DNA of 64,000 nt from Takakia lepidozioides (taxonomy: Eukaryota > Plantae > Bryophyta): positions 28,334,001 through 28,398,000 of the forward strand of contig CM060731.1 of assembly GCA_030704615.1 (NCBI GenBank), given 5' to 3'. The notes beneath the pieces were generated by a model. The model was not told where the DNA came from, made no database searches, and saw only the letters and a list, made by a program, of their open reading frames with translations. Positions 47,901 to 60,185 of this stretch are shown piece by piece. Each line of letters opens with the position of its first letter. Within the stretch, counting starts at the first letter, position 1. Position numbers and translations under genes: made by a program.

Positions 47901-48164
47901 AAATATAAAAAATATGTTAGGGTTTTTCTTCTTGGTCATGGTTGACTGTTGAGGCCGTATGACACCCTTTGAGATTTACCTCTTCTTCCCCTTCAATAAT
48001 TCAACTATTAACAATATAGTTATTTGGGCTAAAAATAATGTGAGTTTTTGGCTAAAATATATTAGGGTTTAGCCAGAACTTGTCGACGTGGCCTTATGTC
48101 TTGCCGAGAAACAAAAACTTGGCACTAGCTGGCATCCTAAAGATTGGAAGGTGAGACCTATTAA

Positions 48165-48811
48165 CCCTTAAACGCCCAGTGCCATAGTTTGACTTTTTCA
48201 GAAAACATGACCCCTTAAGTGAAAAAAAGGTGTAACTTTCATAAAATTAACTTTTTAAAGAACTTGACCGCACATTAGGTGCGTACCTTCCTCCTGCATC
48301 CACCTGCCGAATTTGAGGCCAATCAGCCCCAGATCCACAAAATGCCACCGTTGAATGTGGGCCCCATTATTGGGGCTCTTTTGAGAAACATATCCATTTT
48401 TGGTACTATTTTAAAGATTTGAGTGACGGGATCGAATGGGATTGAGGCGAAATTAGCAGGGTTTCATCCCTTGAGATCCCTCATCCAACAAAAAGTATCC
48501 AATTTGGCCAATGCATGTGATGTTGCCACTTGGTCAAACCTGGGAAAATCCCATGTTTCTCTCCCTCTCTCACACATGTGTGAAGAATGAAACAACGAGA
48601 ATTACCTTTATCAAATCGTGACCCCCCCTGCTTGCGTGATGAGACCTCTTTGCAACTTGGCAGATCCGAGGCAATCAGGCAATGAATCTTGGTGTGTCAG
48701 GTGCCCAAGAACACTATGTTTTTTTTTCACACAATTCCATGGAGAATGCAAAAAATTATTCAGATTTTTCTAAAACCCAAAGCCCGAAACGGGCTACTGG
48801 GCGTTTAAGGG
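48165..48811. mobile_element. piggyBac-like non-autonomous element (647 bp)
   Basis: Perfect 16-bp TIR CCCTTAAACGCCCAGT; left flank TTAA, right flank TTCAA (degenerate TTAA). Confidence 0.8.
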
Positions 48812-48980
48812 TTCAATAGGGGATGGTTCAGGCGCCATGGGGGAAGCAAGTGTCACCTAGGGGTGACATGTGTCCCAGGTCGGCGGGCTTCTAAAAGGTC
48901 CCACCGCCCTCTCTGAGGGTATAGGTATATACATATGACGCCAGCCGAAGCTAGCGTAAATAAGAGCCTCTTCCTTGTGT

Positions 48981-50449
48981 GGGCCCCTTTCGGGGGTGGG
49001 CTCTATGGTAACAAAAACCAGTTACTAAGCGGCAAGCTGGCCACTTTCAATCTTTCTTTTGTTGAGGATAATGGCTCTTAGTGAAGTGATGGCCGTGAGG
49101 TGTAATGATCGTAATGGGGTGGGGGGGGGTATATATATGAGGTAGTTTAAGGTTTTCTTTTAGGATTAGACTGTTGTGACAGTGAGCTCCTCTTTTGACA
49201 CTAGGGATATAAAATTGTCAGAGGGGCAGTGTTCCATCCATATTGACGGAGGGCTAGAACTAGGGGTTCGTATTTTTCACGTTTGAACATAATGGATTGG
49301 TCGGGATCTCTGTCATGACCAAAGGCAAATTCAATGATGTGAATAGTGAGGGAGGGGAGTGAACCTGTTGGTGCTGCCGACGAATATCTGGACATAATTT
49401 TGCCAGACAGAGGCATGGGTGATTAGCGCATGTATGTGGTAGCAACCATGAAGGTATTGTGTGGTCCGGCGGCCTACCTTGAAATGTGTCTGCATTAGTG
49501 AGATTGTACCATCTAGTTTTAGGGTGTGTGAGAAGAAGTTTATGGAGTTGCCAAACTCCTCAAGATTATGTCGAGTGATGTGAAGTCCATGGATAATGGG
49601 ATGTTTACAGTGGAGAAGAAGATGCGGCCATGTGTCCACTCAAGGGGGTTGGGAATAGCATAACGTGCAGTGCTTGTTATGATATAATAGAGGCCAAAAT
49701 AAATTATGTCGTTGATTGCCCATGTATTGTCCGTATCGAAATCAGAGCGTTTGTTTAATTTGGGCATCCGTGATTATTGGAGATTTTCATAAGTGATTAA
49801 ACATATGGTGGAGCAGCTGAGGTGGCGTAACCCATTTGGATATGTAGGGTTTTAGATAGGTGGGCAATGCACGGATTTGATCCATAAGGGCCAAACAACT
49901 TGTTTTAATTGTGAAAAAGAAGTACATGGTATTTGTGGGCTGCCTGAGTGGTGTACATAGACTAGTTTAGTTAGGGATGGCTCTGGATATTTCATATACT
50001 TTGGTAATGGTGGGGTTGATTCATAGATGATCGTACGTGGGTCAAGTATAACAAATGTGAACATTCCGGGGGGGCTAGCCAACATAAGGTGATCAGTGTT
50101 ATTGTGATTATTGTGCGGGATGTACATGAATATGGTAAAGGCTTTTGCAGATTTATGGGCGCTATTCTTGCCCAATGGATTGCTTCGATAGCTATACTAT
50201 AGTCCGGGGGGTGCGCAAATCCTCTACCTTGCCATTGATGAGATCTGGCCAAGCCTAGAGAGCCGAAACACTGGTCTACGTTATACAAGCTGGAGTAACT
50301 CTTCATCCCCATGGGGCATGTGAGAGGGTTAGAGTAGTATGAGTGAGTGAGTTTAAGTTCTGTTGTAAGAAAGTCTAGGAGGGCCATGGGTAAGGTTGAA
50401 TGGGTTCGTGCGAGAGAGCCCTGTGAGGGTATATAAAGAGAGCCGGGGT
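48981..50449 (-). mobile_element. Truncated and internally deleted RLE-type non-LTR retrotransposon (Dualen/RandI-like) with a PCIF1-like domain, CCHC knuckle and restriction-like endonuclease
   Basis: FRYGQYMGN..CTLC..DTWPHLLLHC..RHN, then (LC)PDI..IHIIEF..KREKY. Upstream SNPLTC..Y.S..D..FGS.G..AHPP motif. Candidate TSD CTCTTCC(C)TTGTGT at 48968-48980 and 50450-50463. Confidence 0.78.
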
Positions 50450-50796
50450 CTCTTCCCTTGTGTCTTACTATTTATTCACTTACTACTTACTAGTACCTAG
50501 GGGGCTCTGCACACGCAGGGCCCCAAAAAAACGCAAACCATGACATAATAAATTAATAGAAATAGAGCAAATGATGAATATGCCCCCCAGAGGCTAGAGG
50601 TATAGTGGCCCCCAGAGGTATAGTAATACCAGCCGGTTCCATAGTATTAGACAATTCAAATATTAATATCCATCGGTTCTCAATAGCCGCAAGACTTTGG
50701 ATTTGCAAATGGTTATCAACCTGTGGTAATCCAATTGTAATACCAGTCGGTTAGGTATCACTTTGGGTATAAATAACTGAATTTAACTTAATTTAA

Positions 50797-51996
50797 TCCT
50801 TAAACGACCATGCGACCTGATTCGGGTCACTACGTTTTTCATCCATGACGGGGTATTCGTGGATGAAGTCGGATAGAACCACTTCCTACATGAAAAATGT
50901 AGCGCGCGTCGAGATGCACATGTAAGAATTAGTTTTGCACAGAAAAACATAAATGCGCGCCGTGTAGGATGTTTTGAGCGCCAAGGGGGACCTAGAATTT
51001 GTGGCCCTAGCGCATCCAGCAAGGTTGACCAAGCCAACGTGGCAGAGCTGGGGCACAGCGGCTGCCATTGCCGGCGGGGGCCGCGTGTTGCGCCAAGAGA
51101 CTCGGTCGGGTGCACTGTGATGGGGCTTTTGGATTTCGCGGGGGCCCCTGAAGTTTGACGGTTCTGAATGACGAGGCCCTGTAAAATTTGGCCAGAAAAT
51201 GTGCCCGGGCCGGCAAGGATGTAGAAATCACTAAAAACATGATCTCTCCCTCCCAATTTCTTCGAAAGGGTGTTGGTTTTCACTATCCAGCATGGACTGC
51301 TACATGGCACAGAATAACCATTGGAACTAGAATTCCATTTAGAATTTGATGTCCCCATGGGGGTGCTTGGAGAGACATAGTGGCTAAGAAGGCCAATTTA
51401 CCCTACCCCCCCACCCAATTTCACATACAAGGCAACCTAGAGTTTCTTTGGGAATTTGGGTCTAGTTTTTTTGAGACAGCAATTTGTATGTGCCATAGAG
51501 TACGAAGATGGTGGGCATTCTGGAGGAAAATTCAGCCCAATACAGCAAATGTGTGGTCAAACCAAAATTATCCCTTCTTTTGGGGAGTGAACTTGAAAAG
51601 TCATGTTTGCTTTTGTTTGTTTGTTCGTTTGTTTGCACTTAAGCAGGTAGCCCAGTGGCTGGGTGTTTGTGCCTTGCCTGTGCATAATCTAGGTGATCAT
51701 GGGTGTCAATCCTTCAACATGTTCTTTCAAACCGCCCATTGGCCCTCGATGGCCTGTGTGTTGAGCATTAGGCTCTGTAAATTCACTGGACGTTAAAGAA
51801 ACTTTATCTTTATCTTCATAATCTGCAAATTACAACGGTGAAATGTGCTATAACTTTATGAGCATATGGTAGTTACATAGGGATATATAAGGTTCAATTT
51901 TGTGGATTCTTGTGGTAATGAGTTACACCCTCATCCATGAGGGTATGTACAATTTTTGGGGGGTGGCCCACCAAAAGTTAGCTGGTCGCTTAAGGG
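50797..51996. mobile_element. piggyBac-like non-autonomous element (1200 bp)
   Basis: TTAA|TCCTTAAACGACCA ... TGGTCGCTTAAGGG|TTAA: 14-bp TIR with 2 mismatches and TTAA on both sides. Confidence 0.8.
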
Positions 51997-52236
51997 TTAA
52001 ACAACAAAAGACGGAATTGAATTAAAAGTGGTAGCTAGAACATTGGTCCTTTAATTTATATGCATACCCAGTTTTCCAAAGAAAATAAAGTTTTTGTTGC
52101 AACTTAAGCCCTTTGCATTATACATAGTATGTTATGTAGGTATATGTAAAACAAGCGGCTCCGCCACAAGAGGCTCTGTCCTTTGGTGATTTTGTGGTTG
52201 TTGTTTTATACTTTCTCTAGGGCTTCATGAATCATG

Positions 52237-52474
52237 CCCATCAACCCTCCATAGACTAGGCTTAATGGGTAAGCCTAGTTATCTCCCTAAAGATGTCTCC
52301 ACAATGCCTATGTCCCTTGCAGATCCCATCAACCCTCTAAAGACTAGGTTGTCCCTCTCTCTCTAGGCTTAATGGATAAGCCTACTTCTCCGTTCTCTGC
52401 CTAGCTCCGCCTAGGCAAGAAGCCTCCACAATGCCTTTATCCCTTGCGGGTCCCATCAACCCTCTAAAGACTAG

Positions 52475-52516
<42 letters not shown>

Positions 52517-52600
52517 GTCTTAATGGATAAGCCTAGTTTCTCCGTTCTTTGCCTAGCTCCGCCTAGGCAAGAAGTCTCAACAATGCCTCTATCCCTTACG
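52237..52600. repeat. Three tandem units with hairpins and a variable (CT)n tract
   Basis: CCCATCAACCCTC..AGACTAGG-[CT]n-CTTAATGG.TAAGCCTA..ACAATGCCT repeated three times. Confidence 0.85.
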
Positions 52601-52895
52601 AGACAGAGCCAATAAAAGAAATCAGTTAGGAAAATTGGTTCCTTCTAGTACCCTAAACAATTTCAAACCTTGGGATCTTATTATGACTCAACGTCATCAT
52701 GAGCGGCGATCAAAAACATAAGAGTGGCAGCGCTCACCTTAGACATCGCCACTATGAGCTCGCATTCATTAGCTTTCTCTCTGCATGAATCCATACTACA
52801 GAATTTAGCTGTGCAGATCCTATTATAATTAAAAAATATTAATGTATGAAATTGCAAAACTAATGGTGCTGGAAGACTTGCTAAAATATTCACTA

Positions 52896-55300
52896 AGGGT
52901 GTGTTCAGACCTAGAGATAGCGGCGTCACTAAACTAGTCTATAACTATTGACGTTCACACATGCGCACCCTCTATCCGTAAATAGCTGACGTGTCTGTAC
53001 ACGTGGCATTGCAATGGCCCACTCTAACCCCATAGTTACCGCAAGTGATAACTTTGTAAAGACAAGTGGAATTGCATCAATGGTGATTACAAAAAAATCA
53101 CCGACTACCATAAAGATATTGGACATAACACATCTTATTGGCAAATGAGCAATGATGAAAGAGACCAGTCACCACTGCACGTAAGGGACATTGGACGTGA
53201 GGGAGATGGAGTGTATGTCCAGCCCAGAGAGGAGCCAAAAAAACACGTCCCTGCAACTTCGCGGACGACACATTTTCTCGGAGATGACTATGTCGCAGAA
53301 GATCAGAGTGTTTAGGAGATTTTGCCCTTGAACATGGTGCTCAAGATAGGATACATGCTTACATACTCGGTGACAAGGGGTATCCCTTGTTACCTTGGCT
53401 CATGATACCCCACAAGCAGAATGCGGACGTCCACCATACGATACTTGAAGACCTATTCAATAAGCACCTTTGCAAGGGGCGTAGTGTTGTGGAGTGTGCC
53501 TTTGGCATATTGAAAAAGATGTTTAAAAATTTGTTGATGAAAAGCAATCTTTACATTGCATTCTTTCCGGACGTTGTGGCATGTTCTTGCATGCTATACA
53601 ATGTTATATTGGACGAGAGGGACGTCGATGTAGACTCATTGCTACTACAAATATTGGAGCAAGAAGAAGCACTAGACGGAGTTCCTGATCAGGGTGTAGC
53701 AAGAAGATGCCAAAACAATGTGATAAACGAAAGAAATGTGAATGAACCCGATGTGGAACCTAGCTTGGAGGGCATTGAACGTTCAGGAATCGATCAACGA
53801 ATGGCTCCGGAGACATGTCTGGGAAACCAGCTATTCTTATGGTTCAATAAAACAATTGCACTGAGCTACTACTGTACTTCAGTCTTCAGGAAAATGATCT
53901 ACTCAAGATTGTGCTTCCATGAATCAATTGCACTGAGCTATTACTGTATTTCAGTCTTCAGGAATATGATCTACTAATCTGCTTATTCACCATCACTGGA
54001 GGAATCAGAGAGAGTTTACTATAGGCGGAATGTCTGCTGGATTCTTGATGAAGGCGTGGCACATCGCTGTACCCAAACTGGATAGGACCAAGACCATGTT
54101 CTTGCTCATTTTGAATGTTTTTTTTTGTCTCTCAGTTTCATGTAGTCCAGGTGCTCATTGGCAGTCTTATCTTGAGATTGAGTCCCATCAATATCCATCT
54201 GGGTTGCATTAATTCGATCCATAACATCGACTAAAACCTTGGAGTTTTTGTCTGTGGCTTCTCTAACCGGCATGTACACAAATGTTCGCTTCATTTTCAC
54301 CCTGTGCTCCCGGGAGCTGTTGTTGCACCATTCATAGGTGGCAAAGTGTTTCCAGCTCTTACAGGTGTTGTGCCTTCAGATGAAGCATCAACAAGGTTGA
54401 TAATAGGAGGGCGCTGAGGATTTCCGGACGATTGGGAATAGTCATCAACAGTCATATAAGTTGTTTTCTGGTACAAGGAAGAAAGCCGCAAGATTCTAGA
54501 GTCATTCATTGATCCTAGTAGGGCAACAAAAATATCTTTGAAGCATTTTTGGTGATCCACTGCAGCCTAAAGCTGAATAATGTGCGCTTTAAACTTGTAT
54601 GAAAAGTAACCCCCTGTAAATGGACCCTTCAGCTTGTTGATATGGATTTGAGTACAATCAATTGCTCCATATACTGAAGGGAGGCCACAAAATTGCTTAA
54701 AACCTGCCATGACTTCAGCTAATTCTTCCCCTCGCATGGCCAAGATATTTGATTTTAAAAAACCACGTTGACAGCGCATTAAACAAACTCATGAAGAACC
54801 ATGTTTACGGAAGACTTGCCAATAACAAACATCTTTGAGCATTGAAGGTATTCTGCTCCGTGTGATAATTTGTACAAGGAGCATGCAACTCTAATTCCTA
54901 CAGGAATTGCAACCTTATATTTCGCATCTTTCTTTTCAATGAAAGGCCGTAGTTCCTCTGTCAACTGTAGAACAACCTCCCTGGTAACCCGAAAAATGTT
55001 CAATCCACAGTGAGTTGTCATACTGCGTGACAAGAAAGTGTGAGTACCATGTGGTATTTCTTGCTTTCACCCAATCACCAATCTCTCTACTCATCAGTTT
55101 CTCGAAATTGCAAGATAATCTATACTGATGCAAAATCAACGAATTTCTCATCCCTTCAAACATTGCTCGATTCTGGTCAGACCATGAAGTCATACATCAA
55201 GGTATCACCCTCGGGCTCAAGGCAAAGGTGTAAGAGCTCTTGCGCATGCAACAAAACATGTATAAATCGAGCCGCAAGGCGAAGTGGCTCTTAGTTACGC
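52896..55300. mobile_element. Degenerate PIF/Harbinger transposon with an internal inversion
   Basis: TAA|GGGTGTGTTC terminus. Transposase N-half on the minus strand (GAIDCTQI, GSMNDSRIL, about 55200-54470); C-half on the plus strand (YILGDKGYPLLPWLM, RSVVECAFGILK, about 53320-53840). Confidence 0.85.
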
Positions 55301-55315
55301 CAGCTTCGGCCGGAG

Positions 55316-55318
<3 letters not shown>

Positions 55319-55375
<57 letters not shown>
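55319..55375. repeat. (TC)n microsatellite
   Basis: Uninterrupted TC run. Confidence 0.95.
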
Positions 55376-55378
<3 letters not shown>

Positions 55379-55380
55379 AA

Positions 55381-58100
55381 TCAAGCAAGAAGTACCAAGG
55401 CCAAGAACGGTGCTAGGACTTCAACTACTTCTTGTTTCATCTTCACAGTAAAATCCAGCAACTCGACATCAAAGCTATCAATAATTGAAGCGAGACGTTT
55501 GTTTTGTTTTGTTTTGTTTGTTTGTTTGTAGCGTCGTTGAGATCTCCCAAACCGTGAGGCCCCGGCGCTGGTGCTTGGTATCATTGGAAAGCCCTCAATG
55601 AGGAGGGGTGCACCGGCTTGGTCTCATTATTTTTGGACCCGCGGTGTGGGAGATATGGAATTTCAAGTACTTTTGGTCGCTGAAAATAGCAAAGTGGGCT
55701 TTGGGATTGCACTTGGACTTAGGTGACATTGGACACTGGAGGTCGCACTTGGGCCTCTATCTGGGAGACGCACATGGATACATAGGAGATTGCACTTGGG
55801 CTTAGATTGCAATTCTTCACACATGGGCCAATGGCACATGCTACCCTAGATCTCCCAAACAAGGGGGTCTCTAGATGCATAGTGGATACGTCGTAATCGA
55901 TGGGATCGCAGTTCGAGTCAACCAACAATCCATCCTTCTGGAAAGCCAAGGTCGAGTTCTAGAAATATGAACAATTTTGGTCGCTGAAAATTCAACTAGA
56001 TTACAAAATTGAGTGTTGGAATGACACTGTAGGTTGCACTTAGGCCTCTACATGGGAGAAGCACTTGGATACATAGGATATTGCACTTGGGCTTAGATGG
56101 GCCTTAATATAGGAGACAGACTTGGATACGTAGGAAAGAGCACTTGGTCTTAGATTTCAATTCTTCACACTTGGGCCAACGACACAAGCTACCCTAGAGG
56201 TTGCACTTGGGCCTCGATATAAGAGATGCACTTGGGGCGCTTAGATGACACTTGACACTTGGGCCAACGGCACAGGCTACCCTAGTGTGGCTGAAATCCA
56301 ACCAAGTTGTCGGGCCTATTTGCGATTTGAGCTGAAACTTTAAGGTAATAGTAATAGTTGCATTAAGGGCATCCGTAAGTAACCAATGCCCACGACTCTG
56401 GTTGAAGACACAACTACTCACCACAGAGAACAAGACATCCATGACGCTCTGAGCAACAGCCCACATTTTTGTTGTGGGAAACCGGGATGCAAGTGCCACA
56501 GTCTGCCGACTATAACAAAGATTTATGGCAGCACAAAATCGAAGAGCATCTTCAAAAAGGATAACTCGGCTAGCAAACCTACACTTGCTGAGCCCAAATT
56601 AACTAGATTATTACATCTGAAATTTAGAATTACCTGCACATGCCTGCACATGTAAACTATTGCAACTAGCATACAAATATGTAATTTCTGATTAATACTT
56701 GGTCCTAATGATGTTCTGAAAAAATGCAATCTGAAATTCTCATCTCGAGAGATTGCCTCGGTGAATAAGTATAGAGAGCTAATATTAATTAAGACACCTC
56801 CATAAGCCCATCTGAGCAAGGCTGGAGCAAGGGGGGGGTAATTCAAATTAGAAAAAAGCATCAAAACAGAATACATGGAAAACACATAAGGTCTAGAAGA
56901 TCTATAAGACCCAAAGCGAACCCTTACCTTGTCTTTACGGGTGTATTCAGTTTGCGAGGCCGCATGTTAGAATCCATACACGCCTTGTGCCACTCTTGGC
57001 GGCCCTCGCCAGATTTGTTTGGCCACGTAATGCATTTATGTATCTCAGCTTGAGCATGTTTAATCGATACATGAAACAATCCTTGACAAACTTTGTTGTC
57101 GTTCTTAGCATATTGACACATGATCCTTGAAATGGTTCGGTCAAGGCTAGACTGTCACAAATGACCACAAATTTCAAAGCTTGTGTCATTGTAGCTAGAT
57201 TGGACCCCTCATCCTTGACAAAACAAATGATACCCGAGTGAGAGTTTTAATTTTGCATTGAGAAATTAAAATTAAGTGGTAGTTTCGGGAGTGAGAGTTT
57301 TAATTTCGCATTGAGAAATTAATTTTTTTTGGTAAGACCAAATTTCTTAAGGAGCTCATTTAATTTGATGGCCATAGCTGCACCAGTAGTTTCTGTAGTT
57401 TCAAACAACCCGAGTGTAATGTGCTTCGGCTCCCAATCAGCGGTAAGAAAGTTCACTACAAGGGCGAACACGTCATATGCACCTTTTGACATCCATAGAT
57501 CAAAGCTTGCTGTAGCAGAAATGCATGTAGATAAGGCAGGCAGGACAAAAATCTCCAAAGTTTGACTTACCATGGAAGGTAGGATGTCATCGGTAAATGC
57601 TTTCATGGATAGAAAGACTATTCTTGGGCATAATCGGAGGACCAGCCTCTGCAACCAGATATTCTCCACTGTCCTTAGCGGAAAATAGTCTTTGATAATA
57701 AATAGGATCAGATCTTCCAGAAGCCCTATTTGTTGCAGATTATCCTTCCTAAATGAATCAACAGCTCCAAAAAAAGGATGAAATTGTTGTAGGGGGTGAG
57801 GGCAGATCTCTTCTTGGCAGGTTGTTGGTCAAGAGGCCTCGTAGGTGTACTACTAATGTGAGCTTCATACATCCTTAGAAGGGCCCCATGCTTAGGTTTA
57901 TATGTGTTTTCATTACGGTGATACCGTTCTTGGAATTGTAAGTAATCAATCCCTTACGACGACTAGGCTGGACTTACAGTATGATGGTGACATATCGTGC
58001 ATCGCATGACCTGCGTCGTTACAAGATCCACCATTGAACCGTCGTTGACTTTGAAAAATGACCAAGCTGGTGATGTCCAACAATGTGGTCTCTAAAAAGT
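55381..58100 (-). pseudogene. Degenerate hAT-family transposase, interrupted by a tandem-repeat block at about 55600-56290
   Basis: W.FF..RCTIC..H BED-like finger, SFDLWMS, VVNFL..DWEPKHITLGLF, KDEGSNL, L.TPVKTR; frameshifts and stops; termini not found. Confidence 0.85.
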
Positions 58101-58603
58101 GGCTTGCTCACACAACATGCGCCATAGAGGTTCTAGTAGGCGTTCTCCTGCTGTTTCAATGGACAATCTGGTGTCCCCAATCGGCCTCTCCCTCTCTGGT
58201 GGCATTGCCAAATTGTTGATTCCTACACTTTCACATGGCAGGCCATGGCTGGGAGTGATACTTCCTTGGGACTCATAAATAGGAGCGTTATGATAAGATA
58301 TAAGGTCAGGAGGTCGATTTAATGCATCAATGCCCTCTCCCTCCATTCCACTTGAGTGTGGTAGTGCGGGTCCCATTTCCATTAATGCCATCTCTTTCCA
58401 TGATTCTTGGACCCTACACCCAAAGCTCAAAGTTCATTACTATGGGCCCTCAATCACAAATCCAAAAGCATTAATGGGGTCCATTTTCATATTCAATCCA
58501 TGTGGCCCTGCCAAAACTCTGCAAGCTCCATCGGGCGGGCTTCATCCCATTTTCGCATCAATCCATCGCTTCCTAATCCCAAACTTTATAAGCTCACTAC
58601 AGC

Positions 58604-60185
58604 TGTCGTGCACCTCACTTCGGTAAGCTCCCTTTCAAATCATAGCTACTCGCTTTGATGCGCGCGCCTAACTCCCAACCTGGCCGCCGGGCCAACTCGG
58701 AGCTTCGGCTGCTCACCGGGACATAACGGTCCCCCTTTACTCTTCCCCGAAACCCTCCACCAATTTGGAACTAGTGGAAATTCCCTTTGGTAGATGGCAG
58801 TCCGGAATAGCTCCCCACTCCTTGGTCACTTTCCGGCTCGCTCGCTTACTTACTAGTTTTTGAATACCAACGGGCTTGCACCGTTCTCGGGGTTAGTACT
58901 CCCTATATATACTTTTGTGACTGTCCGCGGGGGTTTCACAAACAACCATGCCATTTTACGGTGAACCACCATGAAAACCCTCGACTCCCGGTGATGAGTC
59001 GTGGTGAGTCTTGGCCCACCCACCACGGTCCCATTGGACCGTGATGAGTCCCAAGACTCCCCACGACTCCCGCCACAAGGTCTTCGCCCCCATGGTGAGT
59101 CCTATGCCACCCCCACTAAGTCCCACTAAGCTACCACCACCCTTCGTGGAACCACCCCCACCGCAACCCGGTGTGCGGGGCTCCACCTAGTGAGCGCCTC
59201 CGCTTCCTTGAGTGCCTTGGGCACTCAAGGGTGCTTCAGCCCCTCGCATCTATTGTTGCCACTGCCCCCACCACAGGGGTAGCCCCTCTCGTGTCCCGAC
59301 CCCCTGCTCTCAAGGCAAAGGGCCGCGACACACACCCCTACCAACAGGGAGTCAATGTCCTCATCGATTTGTCCATTTTGTAGAAACGAACATCCAAGTT
59401 GTGGCGTCCCACATCAAGGAGTTTGTTTCCGTACCATGGCGTCCCATGGCAAAGAACCAAACCCCCACTTGACTCTACTCTCCACTAGCTAGTTCGGCCG
59501 ACTTCCTCCAAGTCCCGGCCAAGGGTGGAGCCTCTCAAGCTCCTCCCAGTGCACTATTCTTGGCCTACTTCAAGGCCAAGGAACGATCCTCCCCGAGGAT
59601 CAAATCGCCTTACTGCAACCGCTCATGATGCCGCTTTTGGCATCATCTTGAGCAAGGGTTCACCTTGGACCCTTTTTGACTAGGAAGATAACCTTGAACC
59701 AACCGTGCGGCCCAATCACTACAATTGGGTCCGCCTTGGAATGCTGGCCTGAGGTACGGGAACACGCCGAAGCCGCACTACAACTTCGTCCCGAGGCTAT
59801 ACGATTATAGTACGTGAACGGAAGCACGTAGCTTCCGCGTTAGCCCGCACTACGAGGCAACCCCCTCGGTAGCGCAGTTGTAGTACGCGCACGCGCCAGG
59901 TGCGCACTAGCACGTGAACTCCCAAAGAAGGCGCAAGTTTCCTTGCCCCTTGGATGGGAGTCACCCAATTTCGGCACTACGCAAACACGCGATTAATCCA
60001 ATTTATCTCTCCCACTTTTGTAAGCTAGCATGCATTCTACACACTAGTCAACCATACCATGCATCACCATTCCAAACAAAATAGGAGACACAACATTTGG
60101 AAACCATTTCATTTATAACAAAATTTGTACAATACAAGTTTTTGCAATCGGATTCCTGCGCTAGCTAAGCCGGGCTAAGCATGCA
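58604..60185 (-). repeat. 3' LTR of Gypsy copy 2 (TG...CA)
   Basis: Reverse complement is colinear with 6411-8010. Confidence 0.93.

Larger units (their letters stand above)
41562..48938 (-). mobile_element. Putative non-autonomous Helitron-like element with AT-rich tandem arrays and nested insertions
   Basis: Minus strand begins TCATATGTATATAC and ends with hairpin GTGCAA-N7-TTGCAC, 6 nt, CTAG. The flanks are G and A rather than the expected A|T, so the call is tentative. Confidence 0.4.
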
